DNA of 64,000 nt from Oceanispirochaeta sp. GTDB taxonomy: Bacteria; Spirochaetota; Spirochaetia; DSM-2461. Under the pieces are notes generated by a model. It made no database searches, had not been told where the DNA came from, and worked only from the letters and a program-made list of their open reading frames with translations. The stretch covers positions 448,001 through 512,000 of the forward strand of contig CAXXXD010000004.1 of assembly GCA_963663385.2 (NCBI GenBank), written 5' to 3'. Made by a program: the position numbers and the translations under genes. Shown here one piece after another: positions 50,609 through 60,825 of the stretch (within the stretch, counting starts at the first letter, position 1; each line of letters starts with the position of its first letter).

Positions 50609-51751
50609 ATGACATCCAAGGAAAGAGTTGACCTGGCTTTGAATCATAAAGAGGCGGACAGAATCCCTATTGATTTCGGCGGACATCTGATTACAAGTAT
50701 CCATATGGATGCCTACAGGCCTCTGCTGCAGTATATGGGAATGCCTGATAAACCTCTTGAAATAGAAAGGTACAGGCAGAGGACGGCTGTGATAGATGAA
50801 GAAATCTTTCAGAAATTTCATTCGGATTTTCGTCCGTTGACCCCTCCTGTGCCGGATCTGAAATGGTTTGAAGAGGGGGATGACTCCCTTTATGAGGATG
50901 AATGGGGTGTTACCTGGCGGCGAAAGGGTTCGGATGGCCTTTATTTTGAACACCATAAACCCGCTTATGACAGTATGCCTGCAGTCGATCTGTTAATGGA
51001 AAAGACCTGGCCCGATTACTCCCTTGGAAAAAGGATTGCCGGTCTGCCGGAAAAGGCCTCAGTCATTGATGAGGCCGGGAAGGTTCCCGTACTGGATCTT
51101 CCCCTGGGCCTGGAAATATTCGATGCGGGGTTCAATATCTGCGGTTCCGGCAATTTTTATATGCTGCTCGCCCTTGACCCCGAAGCGGCGTGTTATATTT
51201 TCGACAGGCAGCTTGAACAGCAGATCGCCTGGTGGTCTCAGGCAATTAAAGCTATGCCGGAATTGACCCTGATTAGGATTGGAGATGATCTGGGGGCTCA
51301 GGATGCCATGCTTATTGATCCGGATATGTACCGTTCTCTGGTACTGCCCCGGCATCAGAAGCTGTTCCGTACCACAAAAGATCTGTCCGGAGGGAGGGTC
51401 AGAATTATTATGCATTCAGACGGAGCCATCCTTCCTGTTCTGCCGGATCTGATTGATGCGGGAATTGATTGTCTGAATCCTGTCCAATATACGGTCAGGG
51501 GGATTGATCCTGCTGCCCTGAAAAAAGAATTCGGAGGGGATATTACGTTTTGGGGCGGGGGTGTTGATTCCCAGAATATCCTGCCCAATGAGAGTCCCGA
51601 AGCAGTAAAGGACGAGGTTAAACGGCAGATTGATATCCTGGCTCCTGGAGGAGGGTATGTCTTCAGCCCAATCCATATCCTGCAAAAGGATGTCCCCCCT
51701 GAGAATATCATTGCCATGATGGAAGCAGCTATAGAATATGGGTCTTATTAA
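50609..51751 (+). CDS. Uroporphyrinogen decarboxylase-family (MtaA/CmuA-like fold) protein
   Basis: MTSKERV..ALNHKEADRIPID, DEWGV, GDDLG.Q, HSDG, LNPVQ, FWGGGVD.Q, GGGYVF, VPPENI. Confidence 0.85.
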   Translation: MTSKERVDLALNHKEADRIPIDFGGHLITSIHMDAYRPLLQYMGMPDKPLEIERYRQRTAVIDEEIFQKFHSDFRPLTPPVPDLKWFEEGDDSLYEDEWGVTWRRKGSDGLYFEHHKPAYDSMPAVDLLMEKTWPDYSLGKRIAGLPEKASVIDEAGKVPVLDLPLGLEIFDAGFNICGSGNFYMLLALDPEAACYIFDRQLEQQIAWWSQAIKAMPELTLIRIGDDLGAQDAMLIDPDMYRSLVLPRHQKLFRTTKDLSGGRVRIIMHSDGAILPVLPDLIDAGIDCLNPVQYTVRGIDPAALKKEFGGDITFWGGGVDSQNILPNESPEAVKDEVKRQIDILAPGGGYVFSPIHILQKDVPPENIIAMMEAAIEYGSY

Positions 51752-51821
51752 TTCAAATCTTGCAGGGCTCTCTGAGTCCTGTTAATATAAACAGATAAAA
51801 TAATAGAAAACCGGAGAACAC

Positions 51822-52607
51822 ATGTCCGTAAGTCCAATTGCATCAAGCCGCCATATCCGCCTCCTGGATATCCTCAAACGCAGAGGAGCCACCCGGGTAG
51901 ATGAGCTTAGCGAGATGCTTTCAGTTTCCCCGGTTACCATCCGGCGGGATCTGGAATATCTCAGCAGGAAGGGGTTGCTGGAGAGGCATCACGGAGGAGC
52001 CCGGCTGGTAACAGCTCCTGTTAATGGTCTGCCCGAAAGAGACTTTACAGAAAAGGGCGGCTCTATGGCAGCAGAAAAAAATGCCATTGCCAGAAAAGCC
52101 CTTGAACTGCTGGACGACAATGAAATTATTTTTGTAAACAGCGGATCCACGACTCTCTCTTTTATAGGCAGTCTTCAGGACAGAAGGTTGAAAGTCTTTA
52201 CCAATAACGCCTGGTCCATAACGGTTCAAAAGGGTCCGGAAGTCGATTTGATGATTCTGGGAGGAGAGTTCCGGGAAAACTCCCGGTCCTTTGTGGGGAT
52301 TATGACCCTTGAGGCCCTTGAAAATATCCACAGTAATAAAACCTTTCTCGGTTCAAACGGCATCTCCCTGGAGAAGGGACTGACCACAACGGTACAGCAG
52401 GAGTGCAGTATTAACCAGGCTATGATACGTAATACAAACGGGCCGGTTATCGTGCTGGCCGATCATACGAAAATCGGACGGATTTCCAATTTTGTTTCCA
52501 CTCCCCTGAATCATATTGATATTCTGATTACCGACAATGGTTGTCCCGAAGAGAAAATAGAGAAATTCCGGCAGACCGGTATCCGGGTTATTGTGGCAGA
52601 AGTTTAA
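51822..52607 (+). CDS. DeoR/GlpR family regulator (UlaR-like role)
   Basis: VSPVTIRRDL, RHHGGA, NSGSTT, ADHTKIG. Confidence 0.92.
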   Translation: MSVSPIASSRHIRLLDILKRRGATRVDELSEMLSVSPVTIRRDLEYLSRKGLLERHHGGARLVTAPVNGLPERDFTEKGGSMAAEKNAIARKALELLDDNEIIFVNSGSTTLSFIGSLQDRRLKVFTNNAWSITVQKGPEVDLMILGGEFRENSRSFVGIMTLEALENIHSNKTFLGSNGISLEKGLTTTVQQECSINQAMIRNTNGPVIVLADHTKIGRISNFVSTPLNHIDILITDNGCPEEKIEKFRQTGIRVIVAEV

Positions 52608-52674
52608 TTAAGTACCGCTTGTAATCACCCTGAATAGCTGCCGGTAGTTTCCCTATATGTTTTAGTAGAGCATT

Positions 52675-54666
52675 TTAAAACTCTGTAAACTCGTCATCAG
52701 ATATATCCGGAGGCAGGGGTTTTGCAGCAGGCTTCTGTATTTCAGGTTTGGCTGCAGGGGGAGGCAGTTCTTTCTGCACTTTCCGGGTTCCGGTCATTAC
52801 TTTCTCTTTGCCTTCGATCTTAAAGAAGTTTACAGTTGTTCTTAACTGTTCCGCCTGGGCAGCCAGTTCCTCTGATGTGGAAGCCAGCTGTTCTGCAGAG
52901 GACGCATTGGTCTGAATAACACTATCCAGCTGCTGGAGGGCCATGCTGATCTGCTCTACACCTGTCTGCTGTTCTTTGCTTGAGGAGGAAATCTCCTCGA
53001 CCAGATCCGCTGTTTTCTGGATATCCGGGACCAGTTTCTCCAGAATCTCTTCCGATTTCTGAGAGATGCTTACAGACTCTCTTGACTGCTCCGTTATCTC
53101 TTTTGAGGCTTTCTGGCTGTTTTCAGCCAGCTTGCGGACCTCCGATGCAACAACCGCAAATCCTTTGCCTGATTCGCCTGCTCTGGCAGCTTCAATGGCC
53201 GCGTTCAGGGCAAGGAGGTTTGTCTGCCTGGCTATTTCGGTAATAATTGAAATCTTTTCTGCAATTATATTCATGGATTCCAGGGACTGTTTTACAGCCA
53301 CGCTGGATTCTTTTGCTTTTCCGGATGCCTGCAGGGCAATCTTCTCTGTCTGGATGGAGTTATCCGCACTTTGAGTAATGATACTGCTCATTTCTTCCAT
53401 AGAAGAGGAAACCTCTTCAGCGCTGGCGGCCTGTTCCGAGGCTCCCGATGAGAGCTGCTGGGCCGAGTCGGAAATCTGCAGACTGCCATCTGCTATCTGT
53501 TCCGAAGACTCGTGGACACTGCTGACAATCTGGCTGAGTTTTTCTACCATCGTGGAAAGAGCGGTAGCCAGAATGCCCAATTCGTCCTTTCTGTATTTTA
53601 ACTTATTGTCCTTGAAGGATTTAAGGTTTCCCGATGAAACTTCTTCCAGATGAGATGCCACAATCTTGATTGGTTTGGCTATTGTATTTCCCAGAAACCA
53701 GCTGGTTAAAGCAAAGATAGCCAGTGAAATAAGAAATAGTATAATATAGAAAACGATAAGTCGGTTAACTGTTGCAAATATTTCATCAGAATCGGGAACT
53801 GTAATCAGGGTCCAGCCCTGAGTTGTTATCCTGAATCCGATTATATCTCTGCCGTCAGCAATGATTCCCGATTTTTCACCCTGATCTATCATTGTCTGAA
53901 ACTGCCGGGCAAATTGGGGATAAACCTCATCAAACGTCTGTCCTTCGCTCTCCTCATTCGGGTGAGCAATAAAGGTTTCGTTATTTCCGATAAGGGCATA
54001 GTATCCTTTCTGCATGAATTTTTCGGTAATGAGGGCTTCTCTGATTGATCCTATATAGCTGTCGGTACCTACAACAGCCACGGTTTTTCCATCCATTACG
54101 AGGGCTTCTGAATAACTGATCAGTTTTTCGTCGTATCCCTCCCAATCATAAGGGTCGGCAATGTATGTGTCACTCTCCTCGACTCCCCACATCCATTCCC
54201 AGTTGGGATCTCTCCCTATTTCGGCTCTTGTATAATCCGAGGGTATTTTAATGGTGATATTCCCATCCAGCTTCATATTTCTGATAGAAATCCCCATATG
54301 GGAGGAATCCACATATTCCGGAAAAAACCAGGCATATATATTTAAAAGATGATTTCCGAGTACGATTGCCCTGCCCGCTTTTGTAAGGTCATCAGTGTAT
54401 GATCTGAACTGATCCGCATCAGAAATAGTCTCCAGACTGAGGTTGTCTACCAGGTATCCTTTGTAAGAGTCGACAGCAATATTCAACCGGGTAAAATACG
54501 TTTCAATTTCCTTTGCCCAGGATTCCGTAGATTTCTCAACAATCGCATGACTGTTCCGGGTAATCGTCCGGATTGATAATGTCAGGCTGAACAGGACAAA
54601 TATGGCTAGAATCAAAATGAACGGGACCAGGGTCATTAAAAAAAGTTTGTAAGCTATTTTTTTCAT
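52675..54666 (-). CDS. Methyl-accepting chemotaxis protein
   Basis: Two TM segments, Cache-like sensor, [25 protein letters not shown]-terminal EFTEF. Confidence 0.95.
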   Translation of the reverse strand: MKKIAYKLFLMTLVPFILILAIFVLFSLTLSIRTITRNSHAIVEKSTESWAKEIETYFTRLNIAVDSYKGYLVDNLSLETISDADQFRSYTDDLTKAGRAIVLGNHLLNIYAWFFPEYVDSSHMGISIRNMKLDGNITIKIPSDYTRAEIGRDPNWEWMWGVEESDTYIADPYDWEGYDEKLISYSEALVMDGKTVAVVGTDSYIGSIREALITEKFMQKGYYALIGNNETFIAHPNEESEGQTFDEVYPQFARQFQTMIDQGEKSGIIADGRDIIGFRITTQGWTLITVPDSDEIFATVNRLIVFYIILFLISLAIFALTSWFLGNTIAKPIKIVASHLEEVSSGNLKSFKDNKLKYRKDELGILATALSTMVEKLSQIVSSVHESSEQIADGSLQISDSAQQLSSGASEQAASAEEVSSSMEEMSSIITQSADNSIQTEKIALQASGKAKESSVAVKQSLESMNIIAEKISIITEIARQTNLLALNAAIEAARAGESGKGFAVVASEVRKLAENSQKASKEITEQSRESVSISQKSEEILEKLVPDIQKTADLVEEISSSSKEQQTGVEQISMALQQLDSVIQTNASSAEQLASTSEELAAQAEQLRTTVNFFKIEGKEKVMTGTRKVQKELPPPAAKPEIQKPAAKPLPPDISDDEFTEF

Positions 54667-54917
54667 TTTTTTCTTCCTTATCCTTAAAGCTTAGTGGATA
54701 TATCAGCCTGATTCAAATATATCATCTTTATACTCTGACGGCTCTCCTGATTTGCTTTCACTCCTCTGAACCATATTGATATTTCATTGCTGATAGGAAC
54801 TGTCCTAAAGTAAAAATTGAGAAACTAAAATTAACGGCATCCGGGGGCTTGCCGTTGAGGTGGGGGCATTGTATCTGAGTATACGAAATTCAGCTTATCC
54901 GCTATACTCATACACAA

Positions 54918-55553
54918 ATGAAATCCTATAAAACATACCTTTTTGATGTAGACGGAACCCTTCTGAATACGATGGAACTGATCTATCAGTCATTTAAAAA
55001 TACCTGCCGGGAGTATTCCGGTCTTGAGGTCAGCCGGGAGCAGGTCTGGTCCCATGTGGGGATTCCCCTGCCGACCCAGCTGGAAATGTACCTGGGCAAG
55101 CTGGGAAAGAGGATGGATGAAATCCTGGCTCTTCATAATAACTATCAGACATCCATATACAAGGAGTATCTGCAGATCTTTCCCGGTGTTAGAACAGCCA
55201 TTGCAGCCTTGCATGAACGCGGTGCAAACCTCGGGATTGTCTCTTCCAGGACCAGACCGTCGCTGGACCGGTACCTTAAGCATTTTGAACTGGATTCCTT
55301 TTTTTCGGTTATCGCCACCCCCGAGTGTACGGAAAAGCATAAACCCGAACCGGAACCGGTCCTTTGGGCTCTGAAACAGTTTCAGGCTGAGGCTGAAGAT
55401 ACGCTGTTTATAGGCGATGCGGATGTGGACATGCTCAGCGGAAGCCGGGCCGGAGTTGATACGGCTTTTGCTCTATGGGGACCGAACAGGCTGGAAGACC
55501 TGAGTAATCCTCCCACCTGGGATCTGGATCGTATTGACGGGCTGATCTGCTAA
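54918..55553 (+). CDS. HAD-family phosphatase (PpaX/Gph-like)
   Basis: FDVDGTL, HKPEPEP, FIGDADVD. Confidence 0.9.
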   Translation: MKSYKTYLFDVDGTLLNTMELIYQSFKNTCREYSGLEVSREQVWSHVGIPLPTQLEMYLGKLGKRMDEILALHNNYQTSIYKEYLQIFPGVRTAIAALHERGANLGIVSSRTRPSLDRYLKHFELDSFFSVIATPECTEKHKPEPEPVLWALKQFQAEAEDTLFIGDADVDMLSGSRAGVDTAFALWGPNRLEDLSNPPTWDLDRIDGLIC

Positions 55554-56266
55554 ACCCGTAACTTTACTGTCATGATAAGAGGATTGTGATCGGAGTATTG
55601 AAAACCGGTATCAATTCCTTCCGTATGAATAATTTCAATATTGGGAGAAACCAGAAACCCGTCGATGACACAGGAAAAGGTTTCTCCTGCTTTATAAGGG
55701 GCGGCCAGGGAGCGGCAGGTGGGAACAGACGGGTCGAATCCCCAATCCCATCCCGGTATCTCCCAGTCTGAGGGCAGGGGCTGATAATACTCGGGGATTC
55801 CTTCTGCTGACGGGAATTGTGCTCCGGTGGTTCCCGGCATATAGCTGTTCCAGTCGCCCCCTATAATGACGGCATTTCCTTTTGCATACTCATTCAGAGC
55901 AAATGATTTTATCAGTTCCAGCTGCTCTGTTTTGATAAAGCCTCCTTTATCGTAGGCGGCGTTATGGGTGTTCACAATTACCCACTCCCTGTCTTCCCCA
56001 GCCGGCAGGCGGGCCACGAGCATGCAGCGATCCAGAAAAAAGATTCTCCGCGGCCATTTGTAGTTGCCGGGAAGAGCATAGCGATCGGCTTTTCTCATAC
56101 TGAATCGTGAGAATACAGCCGGCCCGGAGAGTACCGAACCGTATTGGGGGCCGATAATTTTTGGGGAGGGGATAAATTTTACCTTATAATTTGTAGCGAA
56201 GGCCGAGCTATATTCAGGAAAAAGATCTTTCAGTCCGGCAAACTGGTCTTCCTTTCCGGACCGGGC
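55550..56266 (-). pseudogene. 5'-truncated endonuclease/exonuclease/phosphatase (EEP) family gene
   Basis: C-terminal motifs NTH..AYD, GGDWN, IDGFLVS, SDHNP are present; N-terminal WN and QEVD motifs are absent; the first ~30 aa of the ORF look like read-through of promoter DNA. Confidence 0.65.
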
Positions 56267-56381
56267 GCAGAACAGGACTAAAGAGCTGTATTGTTTTTTT
56301 CTTTTGCAGTGAACGATTCTGACCGTTTGTGCTTGCATTGTGACCGCATTGCCCTGCATAATAGTACCTGAGGTTTAAGAT

Positions 56382-57167
56382 ATGAAAATGGAAATTCCCG
56401 CGGAGAGGCGGGTGCGCATATTACAGTTGCTTAAAGATAAGGGCATTGTCAGAGTTGATGAACTGAGCCGGGACCTGGAAGTGTCCGTTATAACAGTCCG
56501 GAGAGATCTGGCTGCCATGGAAAATGAGGGTCTTCTGGAGAGAACCCACGGGGGAGCCATCGGTTCCAATCTCCGCGTGAACGAACCTTCCTACAATGAC
56601 AAGGGACGGCAGAACATCACCCATAAATCCAGCATTGCCCGGAAAGCAGCCTCGCTGGTGGAAGAGGGCGAGACGATTTTTGTTAATAGTGGGTCCACCA
56701 CTGCTCTTGTGCTTCAGGAGCTTGTCCACGTACCCCGTCTGACTATAATAACGAATAATATTGGAGCTCTAAATAATCTGGATATTCGTCCGGATTGCGA
56801 GCTGATCCTCACCGGCGGTACTTTCCGGCCCGGTACCAGCTGTCTGGTGGGTGAAGAGGTTATCAACCGCCTCAATCTTGTATACCCAACCACAACGATC
56901 CTTGGGGTTGACGGAGTCTCCTTCCGGAAAGGATTGACTTCACACAATGCCCATGAGGCGGCGGTAAGCCGGAAAATGATTGAACAGGCCAGCGGACGAA
57001 TTATTGTTGTGGCTGATTCATCCAAAATAGGATCGCTTTCCCTGCATACTATCAGTCCTCTGCCTCAGGTTGATGCACTGGTGACGGATAGTCTGCCTGA
57101 TCCTTCGGTTATTCAGGATTTTATCAATGCCGGGGTGCAGTTGATTACAGCCGGTGATTCGCAATGA
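56382..57167 (+). CDS. DeoR/GlpR family transcriptional regulator
   Basis: VSVITVRRDL, RTHGGA, NSGSTT, ADSSKIG. Confidence 0.93.
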   Translation: MKMEIPAERRVRILQLLKDKGIVRVDELSRDLEVSVITVRRDLAAMENEGLLERTHGGAIGSNLRVNEPSYNDKGRQNITHKSSIARKAASLVEEGETIFVNSGSTTALVLQELVHVPRLTIITNNIGALNNLDIRPDCELILTGGTFRPGTSCLVGEEVINRLNLVYPTTTILGVDGVSFRKGLTSHNAHEAAVSRKMIEQASGRIIVVADSSKIGSLSLHTISPLPQVDALVTDSLPDPSVIQDFINAGVQLITAGDSQ

Positions 57168-57223
57168 TCGATTGAGATCGGAATTGAAAAATATTGGAGG
57201 TCTTTAAGATTGTATTGAAAAAA

Positions 57224-57276
57224 AGATTCTTAAACGATCTTATAAGTTGACAATGAGATCATAAACGATCTATTAT
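57224..57276 (+). promoter_or_regulatory. Promoter of the Ldh2-malic enzyme operon with a duplicated operator
   Basis: TAAACGATCT at 57231 and 57262 flanking TTGACA (57247); AGATC-N6-GATCT; TATTAT -10. Confidence 0.65.
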
Positions 57277-57304
57277 GACTTTATAATTATTAAGGAGAGT
57301 TGTT

Positions 57305-58432
57305 ATGGGATACGCAGATGCCTATAAAGATTGTGAATGGGTGGACTTTGATGTCCTTGAGAATTTTATGAAGCAGGTCCTGTTGAAAAGCGGAGTTCCC
57401 GAAGCTGATGCGGATGTTATATCAGATGTTTTAATAGAATCGGATAAAAGAGGGATAGATTCACATGGTATCGGCCGTCTAAAACCTATTTATATAGACA
57501 GACTGGATGCAGGAACCCAGGAGCCTGTAACCAAAATTGATGTTATAAAAGAAACCGAAACAACTGCCGTTCTGGATGCCAATAACGGTATGGGCCACGT
57601 AGTGGCAAAGAAAGCCATGCAGATGGCTATCGATAAAGCCAAAAAGAACGGCCTTGCCATGGTTGCCGTACGAAATTCTACCCACTATGGAATTGCCGGA
57701 TACTATACCTCCATGGCAACCAAGGCCGGAATGATCGGTATTACCGGAACAAATGCCCGCCCCTCCATTGCACCTACTTTCGGTGTCGAAAATATGCTGG
57801 GAACCAACCCCCTGACTATCGGCCTGCCTACGGATGAAGAGTTTGATTTTAATCTGGACTGTGCCACTTCCGTATCCCAGAGAGGTAAGCTGGAAGTTTA
57901 CGGACGGGCCGGTAAAGATCTTCCGGAGGGCTGGGTAATCGGTAACGACGGTAAAACCAGAACGGATACACAGCAGGTGCTTGTGGATCTGACTAAAGGG
58001 AAGGCCGCTCTGGCTCCTCTCGGCGGAATCGGAGATCTTACAGCCGGTTTTAAAGGATTCGGTTATTCCACTGTTGTTGAAGTTCTGTCCGCCGCCCTTC
58101 AGGACGGTCACTTCCTGAAAGAATTGAACGGATTTGATGCGGAAGGGAAAAGGATTCCCATTCTTCTGGGACATTTCTTCATCGCCATAAATACAGACTT
58201 CTTCCTGGGTGAAGAACTCTTCCGGAAAGTTGCCGGAAACATCATGAGAAGCCTGAGAAATTCCAGAAAGGCTCCCGGTGAAGAGAGAATCTATACGGCC
58301 GGTGAAAAGGAATATATCGCATGGCAGTACAGAAAGGATCACGGATGCCCCGTTCCTGTAGTCCTGCAGAACCAGATGACCGAACTCAGGGACCGCTGGA
58401 ACCTGGATTTTGAGTTCGCCTGGGATAAATAA
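57305..58432 (+). CDS. Ldh_2 family (malate/lactate/ureidoglycolate-type) dehydrogenase
   Basis: RGIDSHG, RNSTHYG, LGTNP, LDCATS, LAPLGG...FKG.G, GHFFIAI. Confidence 0.92.
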   Translation: MGYADAYKDCEWVDFDVLENFMKQVLLKSGVPEADADVISDVLIESDKRGIDSHGIGRLKPIYIDRLDAGTQEPVTKIDVIKETETTAVLDANNGMGHVVAKKAMQMAIDKAKKNGLAMVAVRNSTHYGIAGYYTSMATKAGMIGITGTNARPSIAPTFGVENMLGTNPLTIGLPTDEEFDFNLDCATSVSQRGKLEVYGRAGKDLPEGWVIGNDGKTRTDTQQVLVDLTKGKAALAPLGGIGDLTAGFKGFGYSTVVEVLSAALQDGHFLKELNGFDAEGKRIPILLGHFFIAINTDFFLGEELFRKVAGNIMRSLRNSRKAPGEERIYTAGEKEYIAWQYRKDHGCPVPVVLQNQMTELRDRWNLDFEFAWDK

Positions 58433-58516
58433 AAGGAATATAACCGGGATCCCCTTTGGGAAATCCCGGAAACTTTGATAATCCTACGGGAAATTCACAT
58501 ACATAAGGAAAACGTA

Positions 58517-59800
58517 ATGGATGATATGAAAAAGAGGGCGCTGGAATATCACCAGCTGGATAACAAACCCGGTAAACTTGAAGTTGTGGCTTCAAAGCCC
58601 TGTGTCACTTCGGATGATCTCTCTCTGGCTTATTCTCCCGGTGTTGCTCACCCCGTACTGGAAATCGCCGATACTCCTGAAGATGCCTATAAATATACCA
58701 ATAGGGGAAATCTTGTTGCTGTTGTTTCCAACGGTACCGCCATTCTGGGACTCGGATCGAGAGGGGCATTGGCCAGCAAGCCGGTAATGGAGGGAAAGGG
58801 CGTTCTTTTTAAAAGGTTCGCCGATATCGATGTATTCGATATCGAGCTGGATACAAAAGATCCTAAAAAGATCATTGATATTGTAAAAACCATGCAGCCC
58901 ACATTCGGCGGTGTAAACCTGGAAGACATTGGGGCTCCAGACTGTTTTGAAATTGAACAGACTCTGATCAAAGAGTGTGATATCCCCGTATTTCATGATG
59001 ATCAGCACGGTACGGCCATAATTGCTACCGCCGGTTTAATGAACGCCGCTGAAATACAGGGCAAAAAGATGGAAGATCTGAAAATCGTTGTAAACGGAGC
59101 GGGCGCTGCCGGTATCAGCTGTTCCAAGATGTTTATCGCTGCCGGAGCTAAAAAAGAAAATCTGCTGCTTCTGGATTCAAAAGGTGTAATCTACGAAGGC
59201 AGAGCCGAAAGGATGACTCAGGAAAAAGTTGAATTTGCTGTAAAAACCGATAAACGGACTCTTGCTGAGGCCGTTAAAGATGCGGATGTTTTTATGGGTC
59301 TCTCGGTTGCCGACTGTCTTACACCCGAGATGCTGAAAACCATGGCTCCCAATCCCATTATTTTCGCTATGGCCAACCCCAATCCCGAAATCAAACCGGA
59401 TCTGGCTCACGCCACGAGGGACGACATTATTATGGGAACCGGTCGAAGCGACTATCCCAACCAGGTAAACAATGTACTTGGATTCCCCTTTATTTTCCGG
59501 GGAGCACTGGATGTAAGAGCTTCCGGTATTTCCGAAGGAATGAAAATGGCTGCAGCGAAGGCTCTGGCGGAACTGGCTAAACAGCCCGTTCCCGACGAAG
59601 TCCGCGCCGCTTACGGAAGGGATTTCACCTTTGGCAAGGAGTATGTTGTTCCCAAGCCCTTTGATCCCCGTGTCATCGAATGGGAAGCTGTTGCCGTAGC
59701 AAAAGCCGCCTGTGAAGAAGGTCTTGCAAAAGAGCCTATTACTGACTGGGATGCCTACCGCGAAACTCTGAAAAAGAGAATGGAAAAGCACTGGAAATAA
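58517..59800 (+). CDS. Malic enzyme (NAD(P)-dependent, short form without PTA domain)
   Basis: [50 protein letters not shown]. Confidence 0.94.
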   Translation: MDDMKKRALEYHQLDNKPGKLEVVASKPCVTSDDLSLAYSPGVAHPVLEIADTPEDAYKYTNRGNLVAVVSNGTAILGLGSRGALASKPVMEGKGVLFKRFADIDVFDIELDTKDPKKIIDIVKTMQPTFGGVNLEDIGAPDCFEIEQTLIKECDIPVFHDDQHGTAIIATAGLMNAAEIQGKKMEDLKIVVNGAGAAGISCSKMFIAAGAKKENLLLLDSKGVIYEGRAERMTQEKVEFAVKTDKRTLAEAVKDADVFMGLSVADCLTPEMLKTMAPNPIIFAMANPNPEIKPDLAHATRDDIIMGTGRSDYPNQVNNVLGFPFIFRGALDVRASGISEGMKMAAAKALAELAKQPVPDEVRAAYGRDFTFGKEYVVPKPFDPRVIEWEAVAVAKAACEEGLAKEPITDWDAYRETLKKRMEKHWK

Positions 59801-59814
59801 GGGTCCTGTTTTAC

Positions 59815-59849
59815 AAAAACCGCTTTGCCCGGTGGTGAAGCGGTTTTTT
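59815..59849 (+). terminator. Rho-independent terminator
   Basis: AAAAACCGCTT...AAGCGGTTTTTT. Confidence 0.8.
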
Positions 59850-59850
59850 A

Positions 59851-59966
59851 CCTTCACCCTGATCTTCTCTGGCTTCATAGACGAGTCGGTTGCATACTCG
59901 AGCAGTAAGCACAGCTTACGACCAGAGCAGGAAGTTTACTTCCGACCAGCCCAGAGGGAGAGGGTG
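59851..59966. repeat. Structured intergenic element, second copy of the 11608-11683 family, with inverted core and an extra hairpin unit
   Basis: CCTTCACCCTG...GGGAGAGGGT shell; core GAGT-CGGTTGCAT-ACTC-GAGCA-GTAAGC-ACA-GCTTAC-GACCA-GAGCA-GGAAGT-TT-ACTTCC-GACCA. Confidence 0.75.
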
Positions 59967-60105
59967 TAAAGGTGTTGATTTGTGCTGTTATATTGTAAGC
60001 ATGAGCTTGGTTCTCTGTTTGTTTGCTTCATCTTTTTTAAATTCGAATTGCCAATTGGGTCCTGAGGGGCTAGAATTCATTATAGAAGCTTTTTAGGAGG
60101 CAGTA

Positions 60106-60750
60106 ATGCAAGTAGCTTACAGAATGACAAAGAATCCCATCACTATCTCTGCCCATACTCCCGTTAGTGAAGCAAGAGATATTATGAAGAGAGAGAAAAT
60201 CCACCGACTGCCCGTCGTTGATAAGCATGACCATCTTCTGGGTATCGTTACCGAGAAGGATATCCTGTATGCTTCTCCCTCTCCTGCCACATCCCTGGAT
60301 GTATACGAGATTGCCAATCTGCTGACAAAACTGCAGGTTCATAGCGTTATGACCAGGGATGTTAAAACTATAACTGCAGAAACACCCATGGAAGATGCCG
60401 CCCGTATCATGTCGGATTACAATATTGGCGGTCTGCCCATAATGGAGGATGATATCGTTATCGGTATTATTACCGAATCAGACCTTTTCAAAGTATTTAT
60501 TGAATTGTTCGGCGCCCGGGAAAAAGGGCTTCGTCTGACCCTCCTGATGCCCGAAAAGCATGGCGAACTGGCCGCCGTATCGAGTGCTATAGCTCAGGCC
60601 GGTGGGGATATTGTTTCTTTTGGCAATATGCTGGGAGAAAATGCCACCAACCGCTATGGAATCTTCAAGGTTCAGAATCTGGATGAACAGCAGTTGATAT
60701 CTGTTGTAGAACCTCTTGTCGAAAGAATTGTGGATATTCGGGAAATGTAA
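60106..60750 (+). CDS. CBS-pair plus ACT domain protein (AcuB-like)
   Basis: MTKNPITI, IHRLPVVD, GIITESDLF; C-terminal ACT-like KHGELAAV. Confidence 0.9.
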   Translation: MQVAYRMTKNPITISAHTPVSEARDIMKREKIHRLPVVDKHDHLLGIVTEKDILYASPSPATSLDVYEIANLLTKLQVHSVMTRDVKTITAETPMEDAARIMSDYNIGGLPIMEDDIVIGIITESDLFKVFIELFGAREKGLRLTLLMPEKHGELAAVSSAIAQAGGDIVSFGNMLGENATNRYGIFKVQNLDEQQLISVVEPLVERIVDIREM

Positions 60751-60772
60751 TTTCTCAGATTGGATATGCCTC

Positions 60773-60815
60773 CCCCCCGCACTGTTTGTCAGGAAGCTGT
60801 GCGGGGGGATTTTTT
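60773..60815. terminator. Terminator hairpin between convergent genes
   Basis: CCCCCCGCAC...GTGCGGGGGG-ATTTTTT. Confidence 0.75.
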
Positions 60816-60825
60816 ATGTAGAAAT

